Source: Lingula anatina
Taxonomy: Eukaryota > Animalia > Brachiopoda
Direction: 5' to 3'
Assembly: GCA_051362555.1 (NCBI GenBank)
Contig: CM120641.1
Coordinates: forward strand, 34,354,401 to 34,418,400
Length of the DNA: 64,000 bases
The notes beneath the pieces were generated by a model. The model did no database searches, was not told where the DNA came from, and saw only the letters and a list, made by a program, of their open reading frames with translations. Below are positions 24,757 through 38,075 of the stretch, piece by piece. The first letter of the stretch is position 1, and every line of letters begins with the position of its first letter. The position numbers and the translations under genes are program-made.

Positions 24757-27700
24757 ATGGCATCTGCAGGTAAGTAAATGTCTTAAATGGTCCTTTGGGT
24801 CCCTCGACACTGTAAACATTTGAAAAAAGAACCAGGATTGTTACACAAGCAGGAAACCTGTCTAATTCTATTATTTACTTAAGGTACTGTTGATGATAAG
24901 GCGCTTTCACTTTGGTAAAAGAAAGAAGTCAAATATATCTGCAGTGCTAAAACTTTTATGGTTTCTTATAGATGGGCAAGGGAAATGTCAAGTGGTTTTA
25001 AATGAGTGTTATTTTAGTGTTGTCCCTAGATGAAGGTCAGTGCTGATGTGTGATGATCCTTAAGATATTTTTTCAAAGTTATACTTTTTAAGCACCGCAT
25101 TCATATTTAATTTAGTGCTTTTCATCACAGGATTCATTAGAAAGTTGTTGGTATATAAGCACCAAAGATTTTGTATAAATTTACATTCAAATAAAACCAC
25201 TGAGGCAATATTTTATTACTCAGTTTATATCCTTGTATGCATGTTTGTACTGTGTCTAACTGAAAAAAAAACAAAACAAATTTCTGCATGGTTCCATTGA
25301 ACCTATAAACAGGAGAGTTGAAAATTATGCATATGCAATGATATAGTCACACTTGATACAGCCTGACTTTAGGTTCAGAATATGGAAAATTAAAACACAG
25401 AATTCAAACTCCAGAAATGATCATGTTTGTTATCAATTTAATCTTGAAGTAGGTACCCTTTTCTGTGCATTTGGTTTTCTCTGAATTGTTCTTCATATTG
25501 TCTGTACATTCACCAGCTTTTGCTGCCTACTTAATGATAGCTCTTGTAAAAAAAGATTTGTGGTGTATACAACTTAAATAGTTATGTTGATGACATATTT
25601 AAGATTCCGATCTTTCATTTTTTTTTTCTGGCCTGGTGATATGAAGAGAGCATATTAATCAAATTCAGTGATATCAACAGTAATCTTTTAAAACTTACAC
25701 ATGAGGACAATAGTGCTGAAGATGTGAAAGGTATTTAAGTATTGATATTAACTCATTATGTTGTCACTGCAATAGCACACAGTTTCTAGGATAGAACCTT
25801 TTTGCTTTGGCGATGATCAGATAACATGTTCACCAGCAGTAATCTGGCCAGATTATCTAGGCATGAATAATACATGGTGGTGACAATGCTCTCCATCAGG
25901 CAAAACACCCTGGACGTGGCCACAACTGGAGTCAACCTGTTTATTAAGTGGATGTAGATAACCAGTGTGGACGGCCTGACCAATTGACTGTCGCCCATCA
26001 CAGGCACTTGTCCACCAGCTATGGGCAATCTTGATGGAGATGACATGACAGATAGATATACACAAGATCACATAGGTTCCCCCTGTCTCTGCACCACTGC
26101 TGCCCTCTGTTGATATTTATTTTTTAATTAATTAATTTATTTATTTATTCAATTATTTATTTATATATTTAATTAATCCAATTTGATAACTGCTGGAGAT
26201 TAGAACAATGTTATAACTTCTGGAATGTCTTCATATCAGTGCATTCAACAGTGCATTTCCCTGTGATTATCAATCTGATTGATAATCTATATATACTAAC
26301 AATGCAGAAGTATTTGTCAGTTAGTGAAAAATAATATAGAAATTGCCATTAGTTTTTGTATCAATTCCAATGCACTTATAAAAGTTGGGTAGCCTCCAAT
26401 ATCTTATGGATTTCCTGTTAAAAGAGTAAATATTATAATAATTGAACCCCAACCCCTTCCAACCCCAAACCTCTTAGCCATGTAGAACAAATAAAGAGAG
26501 GTTTTGGTTGCACAGTGACATAGTGTGCACTGCTTGAACAGGGCACTGTGTTTGGCCAGGTGATTAGGGTCAGTTTACCTGCAGTGGACACACTGTTGGT
26601 CAGGGTGCTACTGCCTTCCTACTTATATAACCAGCTAACCCTGGAACTGGTTTCATCACGGACACAGGTTGTGTCCAGAGTTTGTCTGTACTTTGAGACT
26701 GAAAGTTTCAGAATCCTTTTTTCCAAAGGCAAATCAGATGCACTTATAATACGCTGATGTAAAAAATGTTTGGCTTGTTTTACAAAAATAATGATTTTTG
26801 TACCACCCTGAGTTTTTTTTACCCCCAACCCATCATTTTCAGATTTTATTTTAATATATTTATACGACCTTTTTAAAAGAAATCTAAAAAAATGGAATTT
26901 TTGAAACTTTACGATCAAAAATATGTATCTGTTAATATGTTTAGTAGAATTTGTTCCTGTATATCATTGAAATATACACTTAAGTCATCAGCTAGAGCCC
27001 AGTGGATAGTGAGACTGAGAGAATCTAGTGTGGACAAGAAAATAATTGCCACCCTTGCTTGTCACAGTGTTAAGACAGTGCCAAGGTTGGACGGTACCAA
27101 TCACACAGAGACTCACAAGAGAGCTCACACAATATGAATAATTGGACTTGGACACAAAATACTAATTGGGGCAAAAACCTACAAAGCAGAGAGACTTTCA
27201 GGCGGGGAATGTTTATGCCTGTAGAGAAAAATGGTCAGGTATTCATAAAGCGGAGGTCATTATAGTTATCAGTGAATTTATGACATAAAGGAGGACTCGG
27301 ATGTTGTTCGGCAATGAATGTGTTGGTTAGTAGATTGACAGGGCCAGATAACATGAAGTTTTGAAGGTGTCTTATATATTCAACATAGTAAAGGTGTCTG
27401 CTCATATGCCTGAAGAAAAATCATCAGGTGAAATGCAGCTTTCAAAAATTTGGTATCGTACTTTGTCAAGCACAAAGTACTATTATTGACTTCTTTTGAA
27501 TTGTTCATTACATTAAGCACATCTGAATTGAGACTATTTACTTCCCAACTTCTGAAGAGAATGTAAATACCAGTCACAGAGATCAAGTATCTTTGAAGTT
27601 GTGCACTACTGGGATAAGCAGACTTGTCATGTCTCCCAGATAAATGGAGAGTCAGCAGATTTAAGAGCTCTCGTCCCAATCCTCAAGAATTAACATCATG

Positions 27701-30700
27701 TCTCCAGATTACCCTTTTCGTCTCCTTTACTAGTCCCGTAATAACTTCTTATTAATACACATGCACCAAACTGAATATTCTGGTTCTCTGTAAAAATGTT
27801 CCAGTTTTAAAAAAATACCTGTAGTTGCTTATCACCCTCTCAATCTCTCATTCCTCCCAGCTGAACTTAAACCACTGGATTATAATCTCTAAATTATGAA
27901 AAAGTTATGTTTGACTTACTTTGGGTGTGTAAATCTTAAATCCAAAGCATGGTCTCAAACTATCAATGATATGGTTTCTGTAAATTAAGAGGACTGAAAT
28001 GTGAATTTTTAAATCAGTCACGTATGAATGCGAATGTTCTTATAGTTGAAGTTATTAATGTAATGTAATGTTATGTAATGCAGTGCAGTGCAATGCAATG
28101 CAATTTTTTGTTGAAATGTGAGTCTCTATGTACTAAGTTTAAACTCATAGGTACAAAGCAAATGAAGAGCCTACATACTATTAGCTGAAGTAGTATGTAG
28201 TATTTGTAGTATCTGTGCAATATAAATACACCTGTTGGGAGCTGTAAGTTTTAGACACTCTAGCCTGGGTTTGTAGAGCTCTGGTTTCATGATGGTCTGG
28301 AATGGAAATGGCCTAGATTTACTTTTCCCCCTCTGTTCAAGAACGAGGAAGAAGACAGGCAATTAAAACTTTAAAGATGGCTAAATGGGATGCAAGCCTT
28401 TTTTTTCTCAGAAAAAAAGGTGAAATGAAAAATAAAGGAAAAAATCAACACGTTTTTTATATGAGTGATCTTTCAAATTAATATGCACCAATCCTGAGCT
28501 TAGAGGGTAAACATTTAGGAATTGGGTGAGCTGGATCTAAAAAAAAACGATGATGATGATCTGTTTACTAAACCAAGGTCGTGAACAAATTCGGTTTGCC
28601 TGGATGAGTCACTATTTTCTCCAAATTCATATATTGGATTAGAACTAAGTGAAATTAGAAGCAGAAAGGGATGTGAATAAACACACTTCTAGGGCTGCTA
28701 GGATTACATGTTGGGAGAATGCTCTTGAGTGACAATAAACTGGTATGTAGGGCTTTCTTATTCAGGTGTAGGGTGCAAGGTGTGAGGTCATTCTGTTATA
28801 TAATACAGCCTCCTCCCCCCCCCCCCTTCCTCTAACGTTAATTCCAAGTGTTTAACTTGGCAGTCATTATGTAATGTCACATTTGATATTTTATTGCCAG
28901 ACAGAAATTAAAACAGTGGACAGAAAAATATTTTTAAAAAGAATTTTAAAGAGAAGTACCGGTTCCATAGCCAAGTATGTATAAAAGATCTGAAAAATTC
29001 TGACAGAAGTGCCAAAGTTCTATTGAAAGAGGTTGTATAATAGGAGATCTGAAGAACCAAAAAAGAATAGGCAACACTACAGACCTTCCGCCTGGCTGAC
29101 TCAGAATGTCTGTTGTTGACAAAATTAGAATCACACATTGTGAAGAGCTGAAAGGAAGAAATAAAATACAGCTCCTGAGGAGCTCAGCTTGGTGTAGTTC
29201 AGTTTCAAAGTTTTGGTTTATTATTGCGCATCCTAATATGATAGAGACAAAAAATGCCATACGTATTTTGTATCTATGTATTTTATGATATAAAAGTAAT
29301 AGTATAGTAGAGAGCCTGTAAAATGAAACATTTTACTGCTTAATAAAGATTTATATTATTATTTAAAAAAAAAAAAGGAGGACCAACAAGATGTGTAACA
29401 AAACATATTTCTGCAAGACGTAAATGTGTAACTTTTTTTTTTTTTTTGTTTCAGAGGAGCGCAGCAGGGTGGAGGATGTGGATGATGATCCCATCCACAC
29501 CATATATCAAAGCCTGGCCAAGGGGATGAGCCAGTCGGGCAGACATAAAACTAAGAAGAGTTCCTCATCAACCTCATTGGTAAGGCCTTAATTTTTTCTT
29601 CTCTTCTTTTTCAATCTGGAAAAAGGAGACCATGTTTGATGTAAAAATAAAGTTTCTATTTTAAGGATTGTTATGTTATGTAAAATGTATGAAAAATTCA
29701 CAGTTTTCTGTTTTTTGAAATAAAATTAGGGGTCACCAGCTTTGGTTTTGTCGGTACTGTTCTCATCAATTCAACAATTGATCGTTTGAGAGCTGAACCT
29801 ATATTATTTAACAAAAAAAAAAAAAAAAAAAAATTAATGAAATATAAATTTCTTTCCCTTTGGGTTGTAATGTTGTATTAATGTTATATAAAACGAAGGA
29901 TTATAGGGGCTCATTTGGGGAATTAAGAAAAATATGGGAAAGTAGATGTGAGAGCCAAGCTTTGATATGCGCTGTCAGATAGGGGTGGAGGTTGAGGCTC
30001 TGTTTTATTAGCTTGAATTTTCAGAAAATGTGAGCTTAGGTAGCTTCATTTTTAATAATTTGAACTTTGATGACAAGGATTTCTCCATTTCAGAGTGAGC
30101 TAAAGGTCAAGTGTGAGTACGCAGGTGAAAAGAGGTAAATGGTTATCTAAAGTTGTCTTGGTTTATATATTAATAGAAATATTGCTTAATTTAAAACTCG
30201 ATTTTTACAAAATTTGAAGGATATTCAACCTGTTTAATGGAAGATTCTATTTGATCTTTTAAGTAACACCAAGATTAGGTTGATTTCATTCAGTGTTTCA
30301 GGATAAAGAACAAATCTTACCAGATCGAGTTTTCAATCAATTTCATCGAAAGCTTACACTTACGATATTTTCACAAAATTTGTAATATTTCACCTTGTTA
30401 TTGTTTTCTTGTGTTTCCTTTTATATTCATATCTGAATACACACTTTTGGTAGAGATTAAATCAGAAATGCCCAACACTTGATTACTATGAAGGGTAGTT
30501 GTGCCTATAGCTCTAACATAAACTTGGTGTGTTTTCATCAAGATGTAATACCCATAGAAATGTCGTCCTATTCCTGTTTACCATTTTCTCTCCAACAAAG
30601 TAGTACTCTGTGGTAGGGCTGGAGACTATAAGAAGTGTTAAGTACTGTGTTCTTTGTGTGGCCTATGAAGAAGGCTGTATATTTTTGTTTCAGATTGATT

Positions 30701-33700
30701 CAAGTTAGTCGTCCAGTGAAATTTGAAGAGCTTTACCAAAAGGTCAGACAGTACTATGGTGAAGATCTCAACCTGCATTATACAAATGGAGAGGTGAGAT
30801 TTACTCAAAAGAAAACAGAAAAAAATGTTTAGTGACAGATTAAGTTCTTTTTTTTTTTTTTTAATTTACTTAAGAAATTGTCTCTTTCTCTATTTTTATT
30901 ACCAAGTGAAGTATAAGATTTGCAAAAAAAATGATTATTTTAAATTGAAATCCAAGTTTAATTTAAATGATATAACTACGTTTGCTTTCTACTCGGCATT
31001 TCTCGACATACCTCAAATATATGAATGCCTGTTAAAACATGTTTTTCTCTTGACATTTGAGAGCAGGGTGGGGTTAAAATAGAAATGTAAATATAAATCT
31101 CACTAAAATTGGAAGATTTGTTTGCAGGCATATAGAGTAAACACCATGTTTTGTTCGCACAAAGTTGGAAGTCTTTTCAAATATGACTTTTAATGTGACT
31201 GTCTGAGTGTCTCTTTGCTATTTTAATTTTCTACTTTTATGATTTTTATGAAATTTAAACTACCAAACAATATTTCATTAAAAATTTTGAATTACTAGAA
31301 GATAAAAAAAGGGGAGAGAGAGAGAAGAACTGACACATAATTTCAGCAATCTAAGATTGTAAGAGATTTGAAATAGACATCTTAACAAATGATAAAAAAT
31401 TGAAAGTAATATCTGAAACGTTCAAAAGGTTTTTTAAAAAACCTTTAATAATTTTTGAAATATAAAGCCTATCAAAATTAAGCAATCCTTTTCTGTGTCT
31501 GAAGATAAGAATGATGTAAAATTCACCAATTTGTTTTCAGATTATTGTAGCAGTGAACTGTCAGTCCGATTTAGAATCAGCTATACAGCTACTAGATCGT
31601 AACACAAGGTCACGGAGTTTGCGGTTGTTCCTAACAAGGAAGGACGAGGGTGCAGGGGGTCAAGGCCAGACTCAAGTCCCGCCAGGGCGACTGGGGCAGC
31701 TTTTTGAACCAGTGGTGAGTCAAGCCTGCTCGACTATATGGATATTTTTATAAACATTATTTGAAATTTTTACTTAATAGTGTGAAATTTCAGAAGTATA
31801 TATAAAACATATATAAAGCCCCTTTATCTGCAGTCAATTTTATATACTAGATATGAATAATATATTCAGTGAAATGAAGTTGATGTAATTTGGAAATTTC
31901 ATATAGAATCTTTTTATTGAAAAAACATGACAATGCTGGCATTTTTGTGTGGGTAAGACTTTAATAGAGAGGGATGCACATTAATTTTCAGTAACATACA
32001 GATTTTTGCTATACACTTTGTTACATTACCTAATTTCTTTCGTTTCATTTACTTGCATATTTATGTTTCATAGAACCAGAGCACTGGTCCTGTTAAAGAG
32101 ACAAGTCCTAAACAAGTGCCTGAAAGATACTCTCCGCCACCAGGGTCCTTCCCGCCTCATGACAAACACCTTAAGCACAGCACATCCAGGACGTCTGTAG
32201 AAGGCGATGGGGAGTTCATTCCAGAGAGAGATGTAAGCTTTAAAACTCTTGCATGGGTATAACAATAAATTGCCGCACTGAGAAAATATTTTAGCTTTGG
32301 GAGGACCTCCACTCACTTTACCCCTCTTTACTTTCCATTACTCCAGTTTATAATGGTGTGTTCAGTGCCAGTAGTTTGCTGAAAGCACATCTCACTCTTT
32401 TCTTATATTAGCTACCTAAATTAATAGATATTTTATATTGCCTGTAATCTTTATTATTTTGATCATTATCATTTTTGAAATTACTATATAATATTATGTG
32501 ATATTTATTTCAGCAAATTGATTACGATGTCAGTAGTACAGAAGGATCCATATCAGGAAGCAGGACTTCTCTGGACAGTAGTTACATAAGTAGTCAGTGA
32601 GTATCGTAGCAGCTAAAAATACTGTTACATGTCATATCAGTAGAAGTTATTTCATTATAAAGAAAAGTCTCAATGAATTAAAGAGTGCTTTTTTAGTTGG
32701 GAGGACAAGATGAACAACATAATCACCTTTACTTGATTTTTTACACAAAATAATTTGAAATTGTGCAGACATATTGTGCTGCCAGGAATGAATTGGAGGT
32801 ACTGTGGATTTGGCCCTACTAGCTGGCATCACTTTCAATACCCTATTACCCCTACCCATAAGTTACAAAGCTCAATGCCATAATTTGATGTTTTGTTTTG
32901 GTTTTTTCCCCCAGCAGTTGTTCACCTGTAAAGTAAGTAACTATATAATTATTAGCTTTCAGCATTAAAATCTGTACCTTTATATCTGTTCTTAACATAT
33001 GATATACTTTCACCATTTTTCAGTGGAGATCCATTTGTCGTCCGTGGTAAAACTGGCGACACGTTTCCTTTTCGAGGGAAGAGCGTATCACGCAGAAGCA
33101 TATATTCTGATACAACGTATGAAGAGCAGGTATCTCGAGAGCGTGAAAACCAGAAAGGTGGGACATACCCCAGGCGTTATGCTATGGGGACACAGATGGA
33201 AATTCAAGAAGGTATTTATTTATATCTTAGTTTTCATCCATTGTTAAGCAATGTGCAAATAATGAGGAGTATGGATTTCGAATATTTTTTTTAAATTTTG
33301 TGTTTTTGCGCACATGTTCATAGCAGCTGATTGCCTGTGTAGTTAATATTTATCATAAAGTAGATAGTGGAGTAGCTCACGTTGAAAATTTTTATTTGTT
33401 GATAACACTAATATACAAAACATTGACTAATTGTTAAAATAAAGTTAAAAAGAAGAGGTTTGTCCCAGATGGATATATTTTGACAAAATATGTTTATGTG
33501 TTTTTAAAGGTCGTAAAACATTCCCACGAGCACGAGGTCGAGATTTTGACAATGCTTTTGGTGAAGGATATCCAATCGGAACAATCCCCAGTGAAATGTC
33601 TCTTAATAGCAATAGCAGTAGCAGCAGTGGCCTGGTGCCTGACTATGACTCGCCTGAAGGACGGAGGAAACGTGGCAGTGACTATGATTTAGCTGTCAAC

Positions 33701-35625
33701 GGCCTCTCAGAACTAAGCAGTGCAAAATGTAAGCATGAAGTTAAGTTTCCTTTTGACAGGGCACAATCTTCAAAGTTTTTTGGTCAAGAATGATAAAGTA
33801 CAGTTTATCTCCTACTTTTGAGGAAAGGGATACATCTATCTCCTACTTTTGAGGAAAGGGATACATCTTGATCCTTATTTATTAAAGTAGTGCACTTACT
33901 TTTGAGGAAATGTGTAGATATTTTGGGTCTTCCGGAAGACAACCAGAATTTTATAGGTTAACATTTATGGACAACTAATTTTTTTCTGTGGAAAGATGGT
34001 CAAAAATGGAAAATGGATCAACAAAGATAATTTGGAAGACTGTCAGGTAATATTTCTGGATCCACCCCAGTTTTAGGTGGCTTATTAAAATTGTACTTTT
34101 GTCCTTTCAGCACCAAGAGCACCAATAAACTGGAAGAAGGGCAAGCTGTTGGGTGCTGGTGCTTTTGGTCAAGTGTTCCTGTGTTATGATGCAGATACAG
34201 GAAGAGAGCTGGCGGTCAAGCAGGTCAACTTGGGCAGCATGTCCGTAGAGGTGTCAAAAGTAAGTCGTGGGTAGCAGAACTGACCAAGTTTTCTTCAAAT
34301 TTTTTTGAAAGTCTAATGAATTTTGATTTTTTAAAAATAAGACCTCAATGATGAAATTAAGAAGCAGATGTCAATGATGAAATTAGGAAGCTTTTCAGAT
34401 TTTGCAGATTTTAAGTGATTAAAAAAAGGGACTTTTATATGTTTATCAGTTTCAAAACCTATTTGAGTGCTGACTTTTTTCTCCTCTTAAACTTTAACTA
34501 TGTTGTCATCTCACATAGTAGTCCCCTTCCAGTTATTCTTCAAGATCTTAAAGAAACCATTTTCCATTCTGTTTTCAGGAAGTACGAGCATTGGAATGTG
34601 AAATACAACTCCTTAAGAATTTGCACCATGAAAGAATTGTCCAATATTATGGTTGTCATCAAGATGAAAAAATTTTATCCATTTTTATGGAGCATATGCC
34701 AGGGGTAGGTATCTTTTGGTTTGTTTGTAGGCATTTGTGCTCTGTCTGTACTTTGTATTGTTTTGATTCTGAAAATAAGTGACAGAGTGTCATTTTACAA
34801 GGAACTAAAAAAAGGAAATATGTGTATATTGCTTAAGTTAATTGCTTCCTTTTGCACATTGCTTTTTACTGAAGGAATTCAACAATTTGTTTCTTGGTAT
34901 AGTAAGAAGTATTTCATCTTTTATTGTTATTTTTGAGGTCATTTGGTAAACATGCAGTATAGCGTAAACATAATCAAGCTATTAAGTCACAATTATGGTT
35001 GCCCTTTCTTCAGTTTTGACAACTTAATTTTGTGCTGTATCATTAAGTATGATTTATAAAGCAGACAGTGAAATTCTCACAGTGGCTTAAGCACATCCAC
35101 CCACAAATCTTTGCAGTTCTAAAGATTATTTAGTCTCATACAAAATTTCAGAACGCAGTCTCAGCCCAAATAAAAAATTTAACATATTTAGGGATATGGA
35201 GGCGGTATCTTTTCTCAGAATTGAAAAGAATCTGAAATCATAGCCTTGATGTTTCCATTATGTTTTCTCTAGATAAATAGAATGTTGTGTATGGCACGTG
35301 ATTTCTAATTCCACTCATTATATCCAAAAACAATCCCAATTTCAATTGTGCACTGTATCCTGCTAGGTTTATGGTGGTATTGATGGGGATGGTAGGGTAA
35401 CAATGGGGTTACATATCTCCCTGTATAGTAAGCTAGTCATCAACTTGGTGGCTCTTGAATTAGTACAGTCCTAAGAATGTGGCTATCTTGTTAACTGACA
35501 ACAACAGACGCAATAAAACAATGATATGAAATGTATAGCTGTTGAAATAAGCTTTTTATTGTAATATGTGAGTATAGCTTGGTTGGTTAAGAAGAAAACC
35601 AGTTTGTTTTCTGACCCTCCCCACT

Positions 35626-35679
<54 letters not shown>

Positions 35680-38075
35680 AGAGAGAGCGTCTTCATCCTT
35701 AAGTAGCAGAGAAAAGTCAACTGTAAATGTGACTGAAGAGTTAGCAGCAGTGAAGCATGGCCTTATTAACACAAAGTGTGAGAGATGACAATCAGGAAGA
35801 ACATCTTTATTCTGATAGGATCTTTTCGTATAGTTTCGTTCATGGTGCACAAACAATTTGTAGATTGAGGATACAACAATTCAACGAGTAATTTACATGT
35901 TTGGGGTGTGGATTGGAGGAGGGGGGGGGGGAGAAAATTAAATTACCATATATTTGAGTTATGCATTCAGTGACAGGTTAGTCTTCCTGATATGGTTTAT
36001 GAAAGGGCAACATCATTTGGAAGAATTTTTTTAAAAATAAAATGCACTTAACATTATTTTCTTGTTTTTTGCAGGGATCAGTCAAGGATCAGATTCGTTT
36101 ATATGGCCCCTTGACAGAAAATGTGACCAGAAAATACACTCGCCAAATCCTGGAAGGAGTAACATATCTTCACCACCATATGATTGTCCACAGAGATATT
36201 AAAGGTATACTCCATCTGTAGAACAGCTCTCATTTTTCTTTAACATCTTTTCATCTGTAATCTCCCATACCAGTGGCATGCTTTGGATAAACTTGCATTC
36301 ATCAATCTGTAAACTTTTCCATCTGTTTTGCTATGGATTGTCTGTTAACCATGTCAGGTGCACTGTTGGTCGTGTGTGATACAAATCTGCCGTCTCATTA
36401 TCTCCACACTAAGTGCTGAGATGAGTGCACTGCAGTGTCCTAAATGATAAAAATACAGTGCATGCTCTATCAGTACAGCAGCTCTTAATATTCATGTTAC
36501 ATTCACATTGATAAAGGACCTTGAACATTATAAATATGATGGTATGCGAAGGATGTTTTGCTCACCTTTGCTACCCAGGACAGTGTTTATTTTATCACCA
36601 GCCAATTGAAATCCTTCTAATTTTGAAATAAATCCTCATTTATCTGATACCTCATTCATTCAGTATCAATAGGATATTTTTGTTGTTTATCAGTTGAGCA
36701 CTTCAATTTGGGATAAAGTTTGCTACTTTTAACAGGAAACAGTATAAATATCTACATTTTTTTAATCTTCAGCGTTTGTCCTTTACCAATTTTACAGCAT
36801 GATATATGCTCAATGACACCATAAATACCCAAAAAAGTCTTCTTTACATGAATTTTACTGGGATTTTATGGTACATTGATAAGTCAAGGTAGAAAATTAC
36901 CTTGGTTATGTAAATTTTAGTTTAAGGAAGTTTTTGTCATAATAATAATAATAATTTGCATGTTTCTGTTTTGTTTACGCATTTCAGTAAAATTATACTT
37001 TCCTATAAAGCCATACTTTTCAAATCTGTTAGTAAAGATTTACTTGGAGATTCCCTCTTATAAAATACAGGTTGCATTACAAATATGTATACATTTGATG
37101 TTGAAAAATTGCACTGATTTACATTTGGTAAATAACCAAGAGACAAGAAGCTTTGAGGAGAAAGGGACTGAACATCAAAATACCATACCTTTGGATTATC
37201 CTGGTGTCATTTGAATGCTGTTGGTGGTACATAACCTCAAGGCAGCCTAATTCCCTGAACCCTCTAGCCATTAGTGAATAGTTTCTGTTTTATTTCAGCT
37301 GTGTGGTATTCATCAATTCACATCTGACTATGTGATGTGTTTCTTTCTTTCTTCTTTTTAATACAGTATTTTTAAAACATCATGTACACATAGCTTATTT
37401 TTGCTTTAGGTGCCAACATTTTAAGAGATTCTATTGGCAATGTGAAAATTGGTGACTTTGGGGCATCAAAACGTCTGCAGACAATTTGCACCCAGACAGG
37501 GATGAAGTCGGTGACTGGCACCCCGTACTGGATGTCCCCAGAGGTCATTAATGGAGATGGCTATGGAAGGAAGGCAGATGTGTGGTGGGTTGATCACTTT
37601 AAGCCTCACCCTTGTCTCCTCTATGGATTAAGATTAGTAGACTAGGACTGTAAGATGAATTTGGTATCTGAAAAAAATGGAATTGTCTAGGAATTTTTTC
37701 TGTTTCGATGTTTTTTACACGTGAAGTTATCAATAAGAGATTTGCAAGATGGAGGAGATATGTAGCTGTTTCACTACTTTTTTTTGTTCCAAAGTAAGTG
37801 AATACAATAAATAAACTGAAATTGTTTTAACTTCTTCCAGGAGCATTGGTTGCACAGTCGTGGAAATGTTAACCTCAAGTCCACCTTGGTCGGAGTTTGA
37901 AGCGATGGCAGCTATTTTTAAAATTGCCACTGCAGATACACCCCAATATGAACTTCCTGCTCATGTCAGCCTGGTGGCCAGAGACATTTTAGAACTATGT
38001 TTTAGGAAAAATCAAAAAGACAGACCTTATGCAGAAGAGTTACTAAAACACAGATTTGTCAATGAGTTCACGTAG
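24757..38075 (+). CDS. MAP3K2/3: Mitogen-activated protein kinase kinase kinase 2/3 (MEKK2/3), ~638 aa, 14 coding exons
   Basis: Exons 24757-24769, 29455-29579, 30094-30134, 30694-30793, 31541-31714, 32074-32232, 32514-32596, 33024-33211, 33510-33728, 34111-34259, 34579-34704, 36075-36204, 37410-37584, 37841-38075; all GT-AG and in frame (1917 nt). PB1 domain ([24 protein letters not shown]...[14 protein letters not shown]...SLRLFL), [16 protein letters not shown], and kinase motifs [44 protein letters not shown]. The start exon is the least certain part. Confidence 0.95.
28057..28103. repeat. Compound pentanucleotide microsatellite (AATGT/CAGTG/CAATG)
   Basis: AATGTAATGTAATGTTATGTAATGCAGTGCAGTGCAATGCAATGCAAT. 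Confidence 0.75.
33806..33867. repeat. 31-bp perfect tandem duplication in a MAP3K intron
   Basis: TATCTCCTACTTTTGAGGAAAGGGATACATC x2, with a partial third copy near 33897. Confidence 0.9.
33921..34070. mobile_element. Second copy of the dispersed repeat seen at 2774-2937
   Basis: Same orientation; shared blocks GGAAGAC..CAGAATTTT, ATAATTTGGAAGACTGTCAG and TCTGGATCC.CCCC. Confidence 0.65.
35627..35688. repeat. (CA)n(GA)n compound microsatellite
   Basis: Visible run. Confidence 0.95.
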
